From assembly GCA_040220235.1 (NCBI GenBank), contig JAVJTO010000069.1: a stretch of 54,735 nucleotides of DNA; one strand, given 5' to 3'. Origin of the DNA: Coleofasciculus sp. B1-GNL1-01. GTDB taxonomy: Bacteria; Cyanobacteriota; Cyanobacteriia; Cyanobacteriales; Coleofasciculaceae. This document shows, piece after piece, positions 10,824 to 21,279 of the stretch. The first letter of the stretch is position 1. The number at the start of each line of letters is the position of its first letter. The notes under the pieces are model-generated. The model had not been told where the DNA came from, did no database searches, and saw only the letters and a program-made list of their open reading frames with translations. The position numbers were made by a program, and so were the translations under genes.

Positions 10824-12138
10824 TATGACATCTAAGTTTCAGCCTCGGATTTCTCGACGCTCCGCTAACTATCTCCGGAACTTAAGATCGGCTTTCCAGA
10901 AAGGTAAACCCCTTTCGATGAGAGAACTCAAAGCAGTGGAGGCTGAAATGCTTTCATTAGCGCCCCAAGCATTTTCCTTAAATTTAATCATTGGCACGCC
11001 TAATGATGATGTTGCTATCGTTGGCACCAATGACCCTGATCAAATTTTCGCCCTCGACGGCAATGATGGCATCTTTAGTCTTGATGGCGACGATACAGTC
11101 TTTGGCGGCGGTGGCGTTGACATCATTATTGGTGGTGGTGGCAATGACGTACTCAATGGAGAGGATGGCGCTGATGTTATTTTCGGTGACTCTCAACTCT
11201 TTGGCATCGGCGGGAATGACCTAATCAATGGTGGCGATGGCGCTGATGTTATTTTCGGTGAAGCTGGCAATGACACTATCAATGGTGGCGCTGGCGCTGA
11301 CAACATCAATGGTAATGATGGAGATGATCTACTCCAAGGTAACAATGGCGCTGATGTTGTCTTTGGTGGCAATGGTGATGACATCCTCACGGGTGGTGCT
11401 GGCGCTGACCGACTTTTTGGTGATGATGGGAATGATATCGTTCAGGGTAACGCTGGCGCTGATGTTCTCAATGGCGGCTTCGGTAATGATACACTCCTGG
11501 GCGGAGCTGACGATGATTCATTTTTTTCGGGTTCTGGCAATGATCAAGTCTTTGGCGGAAGCGGTAATGATCGTGCTGACGGTGAAGCTGGGGATGATAT
11601 CCTCAATGGCGACAGTGGCAACGATACTCTCTTTGGTAGCCTAGGGAATGACACTCTCAATGGCGGAAATGACGAAGATATACTCGTTGCTGGGGTTGGC
11701 AGTGACTCTATCGATGGCGGCGCTGGAAATGATGTGCTGATTGGCGTTGACCCCTTTGTCCCAGCATTTGGATTTGGTGGTACGTTCATTAACCCGTTGG
11801 CTCCCTTTGAGCGGGATACTCTCACTGGCGGTCAAGGACAGGATACATTTGTCCTGGGTGACGATGGCACTGTAGTCGGTATCGATCGGGGAGAGCCGGA
11901 ACTCTACTACGTTGGTGGTGGTAATGCTGACTTTGCCTTGATTACTGACTTTACTTTCGGTCAAGACACAATCCAACTGGCTTCGGATACCTTGTTTAAT
12001 GATCTGGAGTTTGGTTTCTCTAGTGGTTCCCTCCCGCCAGGGCTGACGATTTCGTTCCAAGGCGACCTAATTGCGATTATTCAAGCCTCCATTTCACTTT
12101 CTGCCCTGAACAACCCTGTACACTTCGTTAACGCCTAG
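10824..12138 (+). CDS. RTX/hemolysin-type Ca2+-binding repeat protein
   Basis: More than 20 GGxGxD nonapeptides and a C-terminal DFALITDF motif. The start is uncertain (10795 TTG or ~10824 ATG). Confidence 0.9.
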
Positions 12139-12554
12139 AAAACGAAGCGGTTGGAAACGCTGAGCTTGACGGTTACGGAAGACCCCAGAGAGACAATACC
12201 TCTCAACTAAGTTCTCAGACACTTCCCAGACTCTCATCCTCGGTTTCCGTAGGCTTGAACGTCCCATCCTAGCTCCTGACTAGGGTGGGACTTGGTTATG
12301 GCAGGACAGATTCTCTTCAATTCATTGACACTATACTGGTTTTGTGGCTGAGAGTCAGATGGCAGATGAAATTCCCTATTCTCACGTTGACCAAATCGGT
12401 GGTCTAGCAGGTAAGCTGAAGGCAGTCCCAGAATGGGCTGAGCTGGAGTTAGTCAACGTCTCCAACATTCATCAGTCAGGTGGGAGAACAAGATCACCAA
12501 TTTTTTGGCGGAGGCGCTATATTGTTAACTCTTGCATCTTACGCCACTATCCGT

Positions 12555-12770
12555 TTCAACAACCCCGACTTAGCTATCGCTTGAAGTCGGGGATTGCCGG
12601 ACAAACGGCAATTAAACGTTGAATACCGCACCATCGTCTAAACCTGGCACAGACTTCCGAATGCTTCCCTAGTTCGGATTATCTCTAAGGCTTTTTGTTG
12701 AGTCGCTATTTAGTTAGGACATCTTGGCTTAGATGCGGGAAGGGACTAAAAACTCTCACTCGTGAGGATT
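12555..12770 (+). ncRNA. omega-RNA scaffold (HEARO-like) of IsrB
   Basis: About 215 nt of structured non-coding sequence directly upstream of a PLMP gene, with TCCGAATGCTTCCCTAGTTCGGA and the complementary GAAGGGAC. This is the typical IscB/IsrB layout. Confidence 0.8.
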
Positions 12771-12776
12771 ATCTCC

Positions 12777-13949
12777 ATGTTACGAGTACCAGTTCTATCA
12801 AAATCAGGCAAGCCCTTAATGCCAACCAAGCCTAGCCGTGCTAGACGTTGGGTGAAAGAAGGTAAAGCCAAAATCGCGCCTAACGACTTAGAGTGCTTTG
12901 CCATTCAGTTGACCTTTGAAACAGGAGAAAACACGCAACCTATAGCTGTGGGGATAGATCCAGGCAAGCATTACTCAGGTATCGGGGTTCAATCAAGCCT
13001 TGCTACTTTCTGGATGGCTCACCTAGTCTTACCGTTCAAAACAGTTAAAGAGCGGATGGAATTACGGCGAGTCATGCGTCGAGCAAGACGGGGAAGGCGG
13101 ATTAATCGAAAACTACCTTACAACAAGCGTTGTCACCGTCAAAAGCGATTTGATAATCGCAAGCAAGGCAAACTACCTGCTTCAATTCGAGCTAACAAAC
13201 AACTAGAATTACGGGTAGTCAAAGAATTATTTAAACTGTTCCCTGTTAGCGCCATTCACTATGAGTTAGTTATAGCTGATGTGGATAGAACCAGTGGTCG
13301 CAAGTCGGCTCAGTCTGGCGTTGGTTTTTCTCCAGTCATGGTAGGACAACGACAAATGCTTAAATGGCTATCTGAATTAGCTCCTGTTACAACACACCAA
13401 GGATGGCAAAGAAATGGCAACGGAACCAGTCAACTCAGGCAGTGGTTGAGACTAGGCAAAGACAAGAAAAACAAGGATCAACAGACACCAGCAACACACG
13501 CTGTTGATGGTGTAACTTTAGCGGCGTTTGAGTTTGTTCAATGGCGAGAATGGCACTCTAAGGGCACCAAACACGGTAACTGGCAAGGATTTGTTGAGAT
13601 TACACCAGCGCCGTTTACAGTAATCCGTAGACCGCCCGTTAGTCGCAGACAATTACACCTGTGTGTTCCATCCAAAGGCAGCAAGCGACGCAAGTATGGC
13701 GGTACAGTTACTCGTCATAACTTTAGAAAAGGAGACAAGGTTATAGCCGAAAAAGCCGGAAAGACTTACACAGGTTGGTGTTCTGGAGACACCAAGACAC
13801 AGGTTTCTGTTTCCGATGCCAATTGGAAACGATTAGGGCAGTTTACTGCCAAAAAAGTCCAGTTGTTGCAGCGAAGCACGGGGTTAATCGTCGTGCCTTC
13901 AACTGGATTGTCAAATCTCCCCTTCGGCTTCGCTCAGGGTGCGATTTGA
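12777..13949 (+). CDS. isrB: IsrB (HNH-less IscB relative; RRXRR/PLMP protein)
   Basis: GKPLMPTKPSRARR (PLMP), GIDPG (RuvC-I), an Arg-rich bridge helix, YEL (RuvC-II) and THAVDG (RuvC-III). No HNH/CxxC insert; ~390 aa. Confidence 0.85.
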   Translation: MLRVPVLSKSGKPLMPTKPSRARRWVKEGKAKIAPNDLECFAIQLTFETGENTQPIAVGIDPGKHYSGIGVQSSLATFWMAHLVLPFKTVKERMELRRVMRRARRGRRINRKLPYNKRCHRQKRFDNRKQGKLPASIRANKQLELRVVKELFKLFPVSAIHYELVIADVDRTSGRKSAQSGVGFSPVMVGQRQMLKWLSELAPVTTHQGWQRNGNGTSQLRQWLRLGKDKKNKDQQTPATHAVDGVTLAAFEFVQWREWHSKGTKHGNWQGFVEITPAPFTVIRRPPVSRRQLHLCVPSKGSKRRKYGGTVTRHNFRKGDKVIAEKAGKTYTGWCSGDTKTQVSVSDANWKRLGQFTAKKVQLLQRSTGLIVVPSTGLSNLPFGFAQGAI

Positions 13950-14081
13950 CCTCTATCCCTCTCCCTCTCCGACCTGCTTCGCTGAGGTCAGAGTCTCATG
14001 AGATTCACGATGAACTATACTTTGGCACAATTGGTCAAATAACTCCCCTAGAATAGTTTTTTTACCAAAAACGTTGGACTT

Positions 14082-14657
14082 ATGCGCCCAAATAACCAGA
14101 CATTGCGTCTACAACTGAACCACTACCGCTCCTATATTGCCATTTCCTGTGAGGATATGGAAGTTGGATTTTGTACGCCAGAATTTGCGGCGAAGATGGT
14201 GGAAATCTTTAATGAGTACGAACGACTCCACGAAGAAAATGAAATGTTAAACAAAGCCTTAAAATTAGCCTGTATCGACTTGCTTAAACAAGCTGGGATT
14301 AGCATGAATCATTTGGACAGGCGTATCCAAGACTATCTGGACAAAGCTAAACGTCCGGAACATGGAACTCGCGCGATCGCGTTCTTACTCAGAGAACGGC
14401 AGCAAGCTCTCGATATCAGTAATCGAGAATTTGTTCGGTTTTGTGCCTCTTACAAATTAGCACCGCAACAACTTAAAGATATTTTCCAAGGTAAAGATAT
14501 TCCGGATAGCCAGCTTAAGTCATTATCCCGAATCTTAGGAAAATCCGTGGAAGAGTTAATTGAAGTACGGGATGGCTTTAGTGATAGCGAACTGAATCGA
14601 TTGGCACGCATCTTGGGAACGTCCAATGAAGATTTGGCTCAGGTATTTAGCAGTTAA
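14082..14657 (+). CDS. Hypothetical protein, possibly with a C-terminal XRE-like helical DNA-binding region
   Basis: 191 aa ORF with a repeated SQLKSLSRILG / SELNRLARILG motif. Confidence 0.7.
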   Translation: MRPNNQTLRLQLNHYRSYIAISCEDMEVGFCTPEFAAKMVEIFNEYERLHEENEMLNKALKLACIDLLKQAGISMNHLDRRIQDYLDKAKRPEHGTRAIAFLLRERQQALDISNREFVRFCASYKLAPQQLKDIFQGKDIPDSQLKSLSRILGKSVEELIEVRDGFSDSELNRLARILGTSNEDLAQVFSS

Positions 14658-14708
14658 AAATTGTTCATGGGTTCCTCAAAATTATATCCTTGAGCGAAGC
14701 CAAGGATC

Positions 14709-14773
14709 GGTCAGGGCGGGTTTGGCACTAACATTACCAATAGCGACCAGAAAATCCCTAAACCCGCCCCTAC
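14709..14773. repeat. REP doublet (REPIN-like) family GGGCGGGTTT-N~45-AAACCCGCCCCTAC
   Basis: Related copies at 9175-9237, 17961-18028, 32424-32491, 35431-35496, 47892-47954 and 54264-54328. Confidence 0.85.
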
Positions 14774-14841
14774 AAATCAGGTTCCCCGAAGGTGATGAAG
14801 GGTCAAAACAGAGGTGTCATGGTATGTCTGTTTAAACTGAC

Positions 14842-17706
14842 TTAACGCATGATACCGGGAAGTACAACACCCACTTGATTGTTAAAAATTTCCATGTCCC
14901 GTTGATCATTTTCATCAAAACTGGCTTTAAAATACTCAGGAACTTGGGGCCACTGGGATGGATCATATTCCGTCGTATCATCAGTGTGACGTTTATTCAC
15001 GAGTTGGGTAACAGCTAAGAGTTCACCATCACAACTTAAAACAGGCATACATAACAGACTGCATGTCCGATAATGGGTTTTGGCGTCTGTTCTGCGGGCG
15101 ATATCAGAATCGGGATGTTCGTAGAGGTCAAAGGGAATGTTTAAAGGTTGACCGGTTTGGGCAACTTTTCCAGCAAATCCCTCTCCTAAAGGTACTCGTG
15201 TTTCCATTAAAGAACCATCGGCTTGGGGAATTTTTGTCCATAATTCCTGAGTTGAGTAATCAATTAACCAAAGGGTGGTGCGATCCGCATGGGTCAGTTG
15301 TTTGGCGGCTTGCATCACCGTTTGGATGACTTCTTCCGCATTTCCGCCGCTACTGCTACTGACTAAACTAATCGCTTGATAGAGGGGATCGATCGCCTTG
15401 CGTTGTTCCTGAAGATTGCGGATTTCCCGGTGAAACGCTTGAAAGCCTTGCAGAATGGGTAATGTGGATGCCATGCGTTCATGCAGTTTCTGGGCATCGG
15501 CTTGAGTAAAGCCATTGATTTCGATGGTTTCGGATAACGTTCCCCCCGATTCATAGGTAAAGAGGAATTTGTTAAATGACCGAATAATGGCAATCACTTT
15601 CCCTTTGGAGTCTACAACCGGGAATAACAACATGTTTTCCACAGCGTTGATCGCGTCAGGTTCTAACCCCATATGGACTAACAGATCATTCAGTTTACTA
15701 GGGTTTTTGCTGGCTTTGACTGAACGCGATTCGACCATTTTACTGGCGATTCCTAGAGTGGCGGACACCCGAATTTCTTGAGCATTTAGGGTTCTGGAAT
15801 TCCAGACTAATGACCAAAAGATGCTTTGTTCGGCATCCAGGAGGAAAATTGTGGTCTGTTCTGCGCCCAAGAGTTTGTTAATCGAGTTGGTGACAAAGCT
15901 CAACGTATAATACAGGGCATTGTAGAGCGCTTCATCACTCTGATCGGCAACGGAATTACTGAGAATTGCCAGGGTGTTATAAACGGATTCTTTTGGCTCA
16001 ATTTGAGCAAGCTGTTTTAACGTTTCATGAGTCTTAACGAATTGCAGGATAACACCCACTCGTTCGTTAAAGACTTGCATGGATTGGCGGTCATTTTTAT
16101 CAAAACTCGCTTTAAAGTAGCTGGGAACATGGGGCCACTCGTCTCGGTTATACTCTGGATGATCCCCAGGTTTGCGCTTGTTGATTAGTTGGGTAACACC
16201 CAATAACTCCCCATCTGGACTAACGACGGGCATACAGAGGAGGCTACAGGTGCGGTAGCGGGTTTGTTCATCGGTTTTCTTGGCATTTTCCGCACTGGGA
16301 TGATCGTAGAGATCGAAGGGGATAATCATCGGTTGGCGGGTTAGCGCCACTTGACCCGCAAAGCCAACCCCAACATCACAGCGAACCTCTCCTTTCCCTG
16401 GAAGTTCCGTCCACAAGTCGCCGCGATCGCGATCCACTAACCACAAGGTACTGCGATCGGCGTTCAGCAGCTTCTTGGCGGTATTCATCACCCGTTGCAA
16501 AATCGCCTTAGTATCTAAATTAATCTGATCGAGTGATCGCGTAGCTTCGGCTAAGGCGGCTGTCGCCCGCAGCTTCTTCATTACCTTGTAACAGGATTGG
16601 CAACTTTCCAGAATCCGCCGCACCGGAACCACGCATTTTGCCAACCGCTCTAAGTCTAGAGTGGTGAATCCTTTGGGTCGTTTGTCGGATTGCTCATCAG
16701 TGGGTAACTTATTCAATAACTGAATGACCGCAATCACCTCTTTGTTTTCACTTAAGATCGGAAATGCCAAGATGTTTTCGGTGCGGTAATTATATTTTTT
16801 GTCAAATTCCTTAACCAGCGCGGCGCGGGGATCTTCATAAACGTTGTCAGGAATATGGATTACCTTTTTATCCTGAGCCACATGACCCGCAATCCCTTCC
16901 CCGACGCGCACTTGAATATCTAGGAATTCACCTTCTTCATTCTCCGCCACCAATGACCAGAGTTCTGTCTTCTCGTCATTGAGTAAGAAAATGGTGGCGC
17001 GATCCGCACCCAGTAATTCGCCGACTTTAGAGGTAACATCGCGCAGCACCTCATAAAGGGCTTGCGCCGAACCTTCATCCTCGGATTCTGTATCGGCTTT
17101 GGATAAGATTTCCACCTGGGAAACCAGGAGTTTGCGTTCTAATTCGGCTAAGGCTTTGAGAAATTCCGAGTCGCCTGGTTCTAAATCAGCTTGGATGGTT
17201 TTTAAAGCCTTATTGACCCACTCTTGGTTAAATACCGATTCATAGATGCGATTGTGAATCCTAACTTTTCCTTGATGCTTGAGGATTAACCCCATCATCC
17301 GCAGTTCCTTCTGTTCGGAACTGTCATTGGCGATCGCTTCTCCCTGTTGCAAGATTCGCTGATACACCTGCAACAGCTTCAGACTGCGGTGTTTGCGTCT
17401 GAGTAAGCGATCGCGGATCGTCTGCAAATGCATCAGTTCCGGTTGTTCTTCCCAATTCTCAATCCAGTGCGATCGCACCAGGTTTTCCACCCATTCGGCT
17501 TCCGTTCCTTTCGAGGGTGCATCCGGTGCTTGGGCAATTAAGCGACAGAGTTGCTGGGTGAGGAATGGTTGTCCCCCTGTCCATTTCAACACCTCAACCA
17601 GCAATCGTTTATAGTTTTGTGATTTAGCTTTTAATCCTCTGGCAATTTGTAATCCGCTACTCGCGCTTTCTGGATAATGGGACTGTTCAGATAAATTTGA
17701 AATCAT
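14842..17706 (-). CDS. Multi-GAF protein with an N-terminal AAA_35-associated helical segment
   Basis: N-terminal WTGGQPFLTQQLC, then four GAF-like repeats (ADRAT/ADRST/AEQTT/ADRTT ... NK ... F..D). Confidence 0.88.
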   Translation of the reverse strand: MISNLSEQSHYPESASSGLQIARGLKAKSQNYKRLLVEVLKWTGGQPFLTQQLCRLIAQAPDAPSKGTEAEWVENLVRSHWIENWEEQPELMHLQTIRDRLLRRKHRSLKLLQVYQRILQQGEAIANDSSEQKELRMMGLILKHQGKVRIHNRIYESVFNQEWVNKALKTIQADLEPGDSEFLKALAELERKLLVSQVEILSKADTESEDEGSAQALYEVLRDVTSKVGELLGADRATIFLLNDEKTELWSLVAENEEGEFLDIQVRVGEGIAGHVAQDKKVIHIPDNVYEDPRAALVKEFDKKYNYRTENILAFPILSENKEVIAVIQLLNKLPTDEQSDKRPKGFTTLDLERLAKCVVPVRRILESCQSCYKVMKKLRATAALAEATRSLDQINLDTKAILQRVMNTAKKLLNADRSTLWLVDRDRGDLWTELPGKGEVRCDVGVGFAGQVALTRQPMIIPFDLYDHPSAENAKKTDEQTRYRTCSLLCMPVVSPDGELLGVTQLINKRKPGDHPEYNRDEWPHVPSYFKASFDKNDRQSMQVFNERVGVILQFVKTHETLKQLAQIEPKESVYNTLAILSNSVADQSDEALYNALYYTLSFVTNSINKLLGAEQTTIFLLDAEQSIFWSLVWNSRTLNAQEIRVSATLGIASKMVESRSVKASKNPSKLNDLLVHMGLEPDAINAVENMLLFPVVDSKGKVIAIIRSFNKFLFTYESGGTLSETIEINGFTQADAQKLHERMASTLPILQGFQAFHREIRNLQEQRKAIDPLYQAISLVSSSSGGNAEEVIQTVMQAAKQLTHADRTTLWLIDYSTQELWTKIPQADGSLMETRVPLGEGFAGKVAQTGQPLNIPFDLYEHPDSDIARRTDAKTHYRTCSLLCMPVLSCDGELLAVTQLVNKRHTDDTTEYDPSQWPQVPEYFKASFDENDQRDMEIFNNQVGVVLPGIMR

Positions 17707-18039
17707 AGTGCAACCTGGTGTAAACGCCTTGGCAGCTTGCCTTCTCTTGCTAGTCGGGTGGTGATTAGGGTTCAGGAGCTGTGATCAATCTCTATGGACT
17801 ATCTCAGATGCTACCTTACCGATGGCTCAAATTAGACTCTACCGATCTCAAGATCCTTGTATAAATAATATTGACAATAATACTAAATTATGGTTGCTTC
17901 TGAATAGACTTTACTCTATTGGTGGGAATTTAAGGAGCCGGGGGAGTTAGTTCAAAACTTGGTCAGGGCGGGTTTTGTACAAACGTTATCATCAACAGCG
18001 AACAGAAAATCCCTAAACCCGCCCCTACACAGTCAAAAT

Positions 18040-18984
18040 TCACCCCGCCACCCAATCAATCACAGGACCTTTGGGTACAATGCGAGTGGGATTAATGTGG
18101 GGATGACTCTTGTAATAATGGTGCTTGATCTGGTCAAGGTTGCAGGTATCGCTAACGCCCGGTTGCTGATAGAGATCTTTGAGATACGTTCCCAGATGGG
18201 GATAATCACTAATTCTACGTAAGTTGCACTTAAAATGCACGTAGTAAACGGGGTCAAAGCGAAACAGGGTAGTGAACATACACCAATCAGCTTCCGTGAT
18301 GCGATCGCCACACAGATAAGCTTGCTGGGATAGAACCCCTTCCCAGTAGTCTAGTGCTTCAAAAAGTTCGGTTACCGCCTCCTCATAAGCCGTCTGAGTC
18401 GTGGCGAACCCAGCGCGGTAGACACCATTGTTGATTGGTTGGTAAATTCTGTCAATCGCGCGATCGATCTCATCTTGCAGATGATCGGGATAGAAGCTAA
18501 CGTGAGATTTCGCGATCGCCTCAAACTCCCTATCGAACATGCGGATAATTTCACGGGATTCATTATTGGCGATCGTATTCTTTTGTTTATCCCAAAGCAC
18601 AGGGACTGTTACTCGTCCCGTACAGTTCGGGTCAGCTTTTAGATAAACCTCTCGCAGATAACGAGCGCCATGAACCGTATCCGGGATACAACCGGGAGCA
18701 TCGGAAAATTCCCATCCATCTTCATCCATAAACGGGTCAACAATGGACAAGCTAATCGCCTCCTCTAACCCCTTCAACTTCCGCATAATCAGCGTGCGGT
18801 GCGCCCAAGGACAAGCCAGAGAGACATAGAGATGGTAGCGTCCCGACTCAGCTTTAAACCCTGTAGAGCCGTCCGCACTCACCCAGTTACGAAATTTGGT
18901 CGGATTTCGCTTAAATCGTCCCTGAGGATCTTGCTGGTAAGGTTCCTTCGTCCATTGTCCATTCACCAGCATTCCGGTTGCCAT
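18040..18984 (-). CDS. Glutathionyl-hydroquinone reductase / Xi-class GST (YqjG-like)
   Basis: RYHLYVSLACPWAHR, VTVPVLWD, NNES and INNGVYRAGFA motifs. Confidence 0.93.
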   Translation of the reverse strand: MATGMLVNGQWTKEPYQQDPQGRFKRNPTKFRNWVSADGSTGFKAESGRYHLYVSLACPWAHRTLIMRKLKGLEEAISLSIVDPFMDEDGWEFSDAPGCIPDTVHGARYLREVYLKADPNCTGRVTVPVLWDKQKNTIANNESREIIRMFDREFEAIAKSHVSFYPDHLQDEIDRAIDRIYQPINNGVYRAGFATTQTAYEEAVTELFEALDYWEGVLSQQAYLCGDRITEADWCMFTTLFRFDPVYYVHFKCNLRRISDYPHLGTYLKDLYQQPGVSDTCNLDQIKHHYYKSHPHINPTRIVPKGPVIDWVAG

Positions 18985-19120
18985 ATTTTCTTCCTAGTCC
19001 CAATGCATTTGTTTGTTCATTATCCCAATTTTCGGTTTTTCAATTCTCTATTTCATCATTTTCTTTATATTCTTAAAAAAAATTAATCTTTATTAGTCCC
19101 TGGTAACCCGCGTCGGTAGG

Positions 19121-19350
19121 ATAAGTAGTCGGACACAAGAAAACAGCACGCCTACTATAGCAACCCCCATAGCGGTTAGGACACATCATTTATGTAGAGA
19201 CGCGCCATGGCGCGTCTCTACAATGGTGCCTTACATTACAAAGGACGTAGCTTGCTTCTCGCGGGCGCGAGCGAGTATGACGAATGACGTAGCTTGCTTC
19301 TCGCGATAGCGAGTTCCCCACCGTTAACTTTAATTGTACCCACCTACTTA
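19121..19350. repeat. Composite MITE/REP cluster
   Basis: TAAGTAG...CTACTTA ends, an internal TATAGC..GGTTAGGACA end, a GTAGAGACGCGCCATGGCGCGTCTCTAC palindrome, and duplicated GACGTAGCTTGCTTCTCGCG. Confidence 0.7.
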
Positions 19351-19425
19351 GTGCTTTTGTCCTCCTTCGTCCTTGGTGATTCTCAGAGAACCCGAAATGA
19401 CCAAAGACAAAGGACAAATTCAGTG

Positions 19426-19719
19426 TTATTCTTCTGTACTCAGGATTTGCGGCACTTTAAAAAAGTCCCCATCTTGGTCAGGAGATTCTGCCAATAAAGC
19501 ATCCCGCTCCGGATACCGTTGAAGTTGGTCAGGTCGGGTCACATTACTAACATCAATAGCTCGGGTCGTTGGCGGAACATTTTCTGTGTCCAATTCACTA
19601 AGCTGTTGAAAGTATTCCAAAATGCTATTAAGCTGCGGCAAAAATTGCTCTTCTTCTTCAGGAGTCAACTCCAAACGCGCCAGATTAGCGACTTTGCGAA
19701 CTTGTTCTAGGTCAATCAT
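19426..19719 (-). CDS. gatC: Asp/Glu-tRNA amidotransferase subunit C
   Basis: [12 protein letters not shown]...FFKVPQIL. Confidence 0.96.
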   Translation of the reverse strand: MIDLEQVRKVANLARLELTPEEEEQFLPQLNSILEYFQQLSELDTENVPPTTRAIDVSNVTRPDQLQRYPERDALLAESPDQDGDFFKVPQILSTEE

Positions 19720-19755
19720 GGTTGTTGATTGTTATTTTGTGATTATTCCCTAGTC

Positions 19756-19852
19756 AATGACAAATGACAAATGACAAATGACAAATGACAAATGACAAAT
19801 GACAAATGACAAATGACAAATGACAAATGACAAATGACAAATGACAAATGAC
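19756..19852. repeat. Heptamer tandem repeat (AATGACA) x ~14, STRR type
   Basis: Perfect tandem array between ycf3 and gatC. Confidence 0.95.
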
Positions 19853-19857
19853 GATCA

Positions 19858-20379
19858 CTAAAAATAGATATCAATAGCTGAACGTCCGCTAGTTTTTAAC
19901 CAGTTTTGGGCTTCCAAGTAGTTATTTGGAGCCAGACGAATCGCTCGTTTCCAATAGTCGGCGGCTTGATCAAACAACTTTTCTGCGGCTTCATCATTTC
20001 CCGCTTCCTTCTCCTTCTCCGCTTGAAAATGGTAAATGACAGCAATATTATTCAGCGCTTGGGGGAGACGGGGATTAGAGTCGAGGGCTTTCTGGTAATA
20101 CTCCAATGCTGTCTCATGTTCACCATTGCTGGTGTAAATTAACCCCATATTGTACAGAATCAGGCTGCGGTCATAGGAATCTTCTTCTAACTCCAACGCT
20201 TGCTTGTAATTATCCAACGCTTCGGCATATTCGCCATCTCCCTGAGCCGACATCCCATCTCGGTAATAGACGAACGCTTCTTTCGCTCTCTTATTGGTTG
20301 GCAAAACCTTAAGAATGAGATCTGCCATTACCGTGAAGGTTTTGTCAACAAAGTTATCGTTACGCTGTGTTCGTGGCAT
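19858..20379 (-). CDS. ycf3: Photosystem I assembly protein Ycf3
   Basis: [20 protein letters not shown]..., TPR repeats, [13 protein letters not shown]. Confidence 0.97.
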   Translation of the reverse strand: MPRTQRNDNFVDKTFTVMADLILKVLPTNKRAKEAFVYYRDGMSAQGDGEYAEALDNYKQALELEEDSYDRSLILYNMGLIYTSNGEHETALEYYQKALDSNPRLPQALNNIAVIYHFQAEKEKEAGNDEAAEKLFDQAADYWKRAIRLAPNNYLEAQNWLKTSGRSAIDIYF

Positions 20380-20445
20380 AGTAGGTTCCCAATTATCCCG
20401 GCTGTCAATTATCGTAACTCAACTCACCCTCATCTTCCCCATCTA

Positions 20446-21279
20446 TCAATGAATCGTCCCATCCGGCAAAATTGTCCCTTGGAGACTAGCACCGTCTAAG
20501 CTCAAATCCTCTAAATTTGCCCCAGTCAGATTAGCTTTATCCAAATGAGCGCCTTCCAATCTAGCACCTTTGAGATTAGCGGCTTGGAGATTTGCGCCTG
20601 TCAGATTCGTCCATCTTAAATCTGTTCCGTCTAAATCAGCCGCACCCAGATTTGCCCCAAACAGATAAGCACCACCCAAATGAGCCTGACTCAGGTTCAC
20701 TCTTTCCAAGTCAGCTTGGTAGAGGTAAGCACCAATCAATTCGGCTTCATGAAGATTAGCATCGGTAAGGTTAGCCCGGTTAAGATGGGCATGAATCAGG
20801 CTGGCGTCACTGAGGTTACTGCGTCTCAAATTAGCTTCATTGAGCATTGCGCCTTTCAGGTTTGCCTCTCTAAAGTCAGTGCCAATTAAATTAGCATGAC
20901 TCAGATTAACGTTCATCAGCTTAGCGCCTCTGAGATCAGCCCCGATTAAGTTAGCATGGCTTAAATCAGCATAGCTGAGTTCCGCTTGCATCAGATGAGC
21001 GCTGACTAAGGAGGCTTCGATGAGATTCGCGTCAATCATACAAGCCAGACTCAGATAAGCAAGGCTCAGGTTTGCTTTTGTCAGATTTGCCGTGATTAAA
21101 TTAGCGGATTCTAACTGCGCCCCTTTCAGGTTAACGTGCTTCAGGTTAGCGCCTCTGAGGTTAGCGCCTTCTAGGTTAGCCTCACTCAAATCAGGCTCTA
21201 TGGTGTGATGTCGATTTCTCCATTTAATCCAGCCCACTGCACCTTGTTGAAGTAATTTCAGATGCTCTAAATTTGCCAT
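20446..21279 (-). CDS. Pentapeptide repeat protein
   Basis: A(N/D)Lxx repeats throughout; ends in LPDG. Confidence 0.93.
   Translation of the reverse strand: MANLEHLKLLQQGAVGWIKWRNRHHTIEPDLSEANLEGANLRGANLKHVNLKGAQLESANLITANLTKANLSLAYLSLACMIDANLIEASLVSAHLMQAELSYADLSHANLIGADLRGAKLMNVNLSHANLIGTDFREANLKGAMLNEANLRRSNLSDASLIHAHLNRANLTDANLHEAELIGAYLYQADLERVNLSQAHLGGAYLFGANLGAADLDGTDLRWTNLTGANLQAANLKGARLEGAHLDKANLTGANLEDLSLDGASLQGTILPDGTIH

Larger units (their letters stand above)
12555..14009 (+). mobile_element. Non-autonomous IS200/IS605-family element carrying omega-RNA + IsrB
   Basis: Starts with a TTCAACAACCCCGACTT..AAGTCGGGG hairpin and ends after a GACCT..AGGTC hairpin, just before ATGA. 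No tnpA. Confidence 0.8.

Noticed and set aside
10984..12060. Several alternative-frame ORFs within the RTX gene
   Set aside because: Artefacts of repetitive Gly/Asp codon usage.
12340..12470. TPP-riboswitch-like GCTGAGA and ORF 12344-12622
   Set aside because: The remaining TPP consensus is absent. The ORF runs into the omega-RNA and has no recognisable features.
19756..19852. Tandem array as a CRISPR
   Set aside because: 7-bp unit, no spacers and no cas genes.
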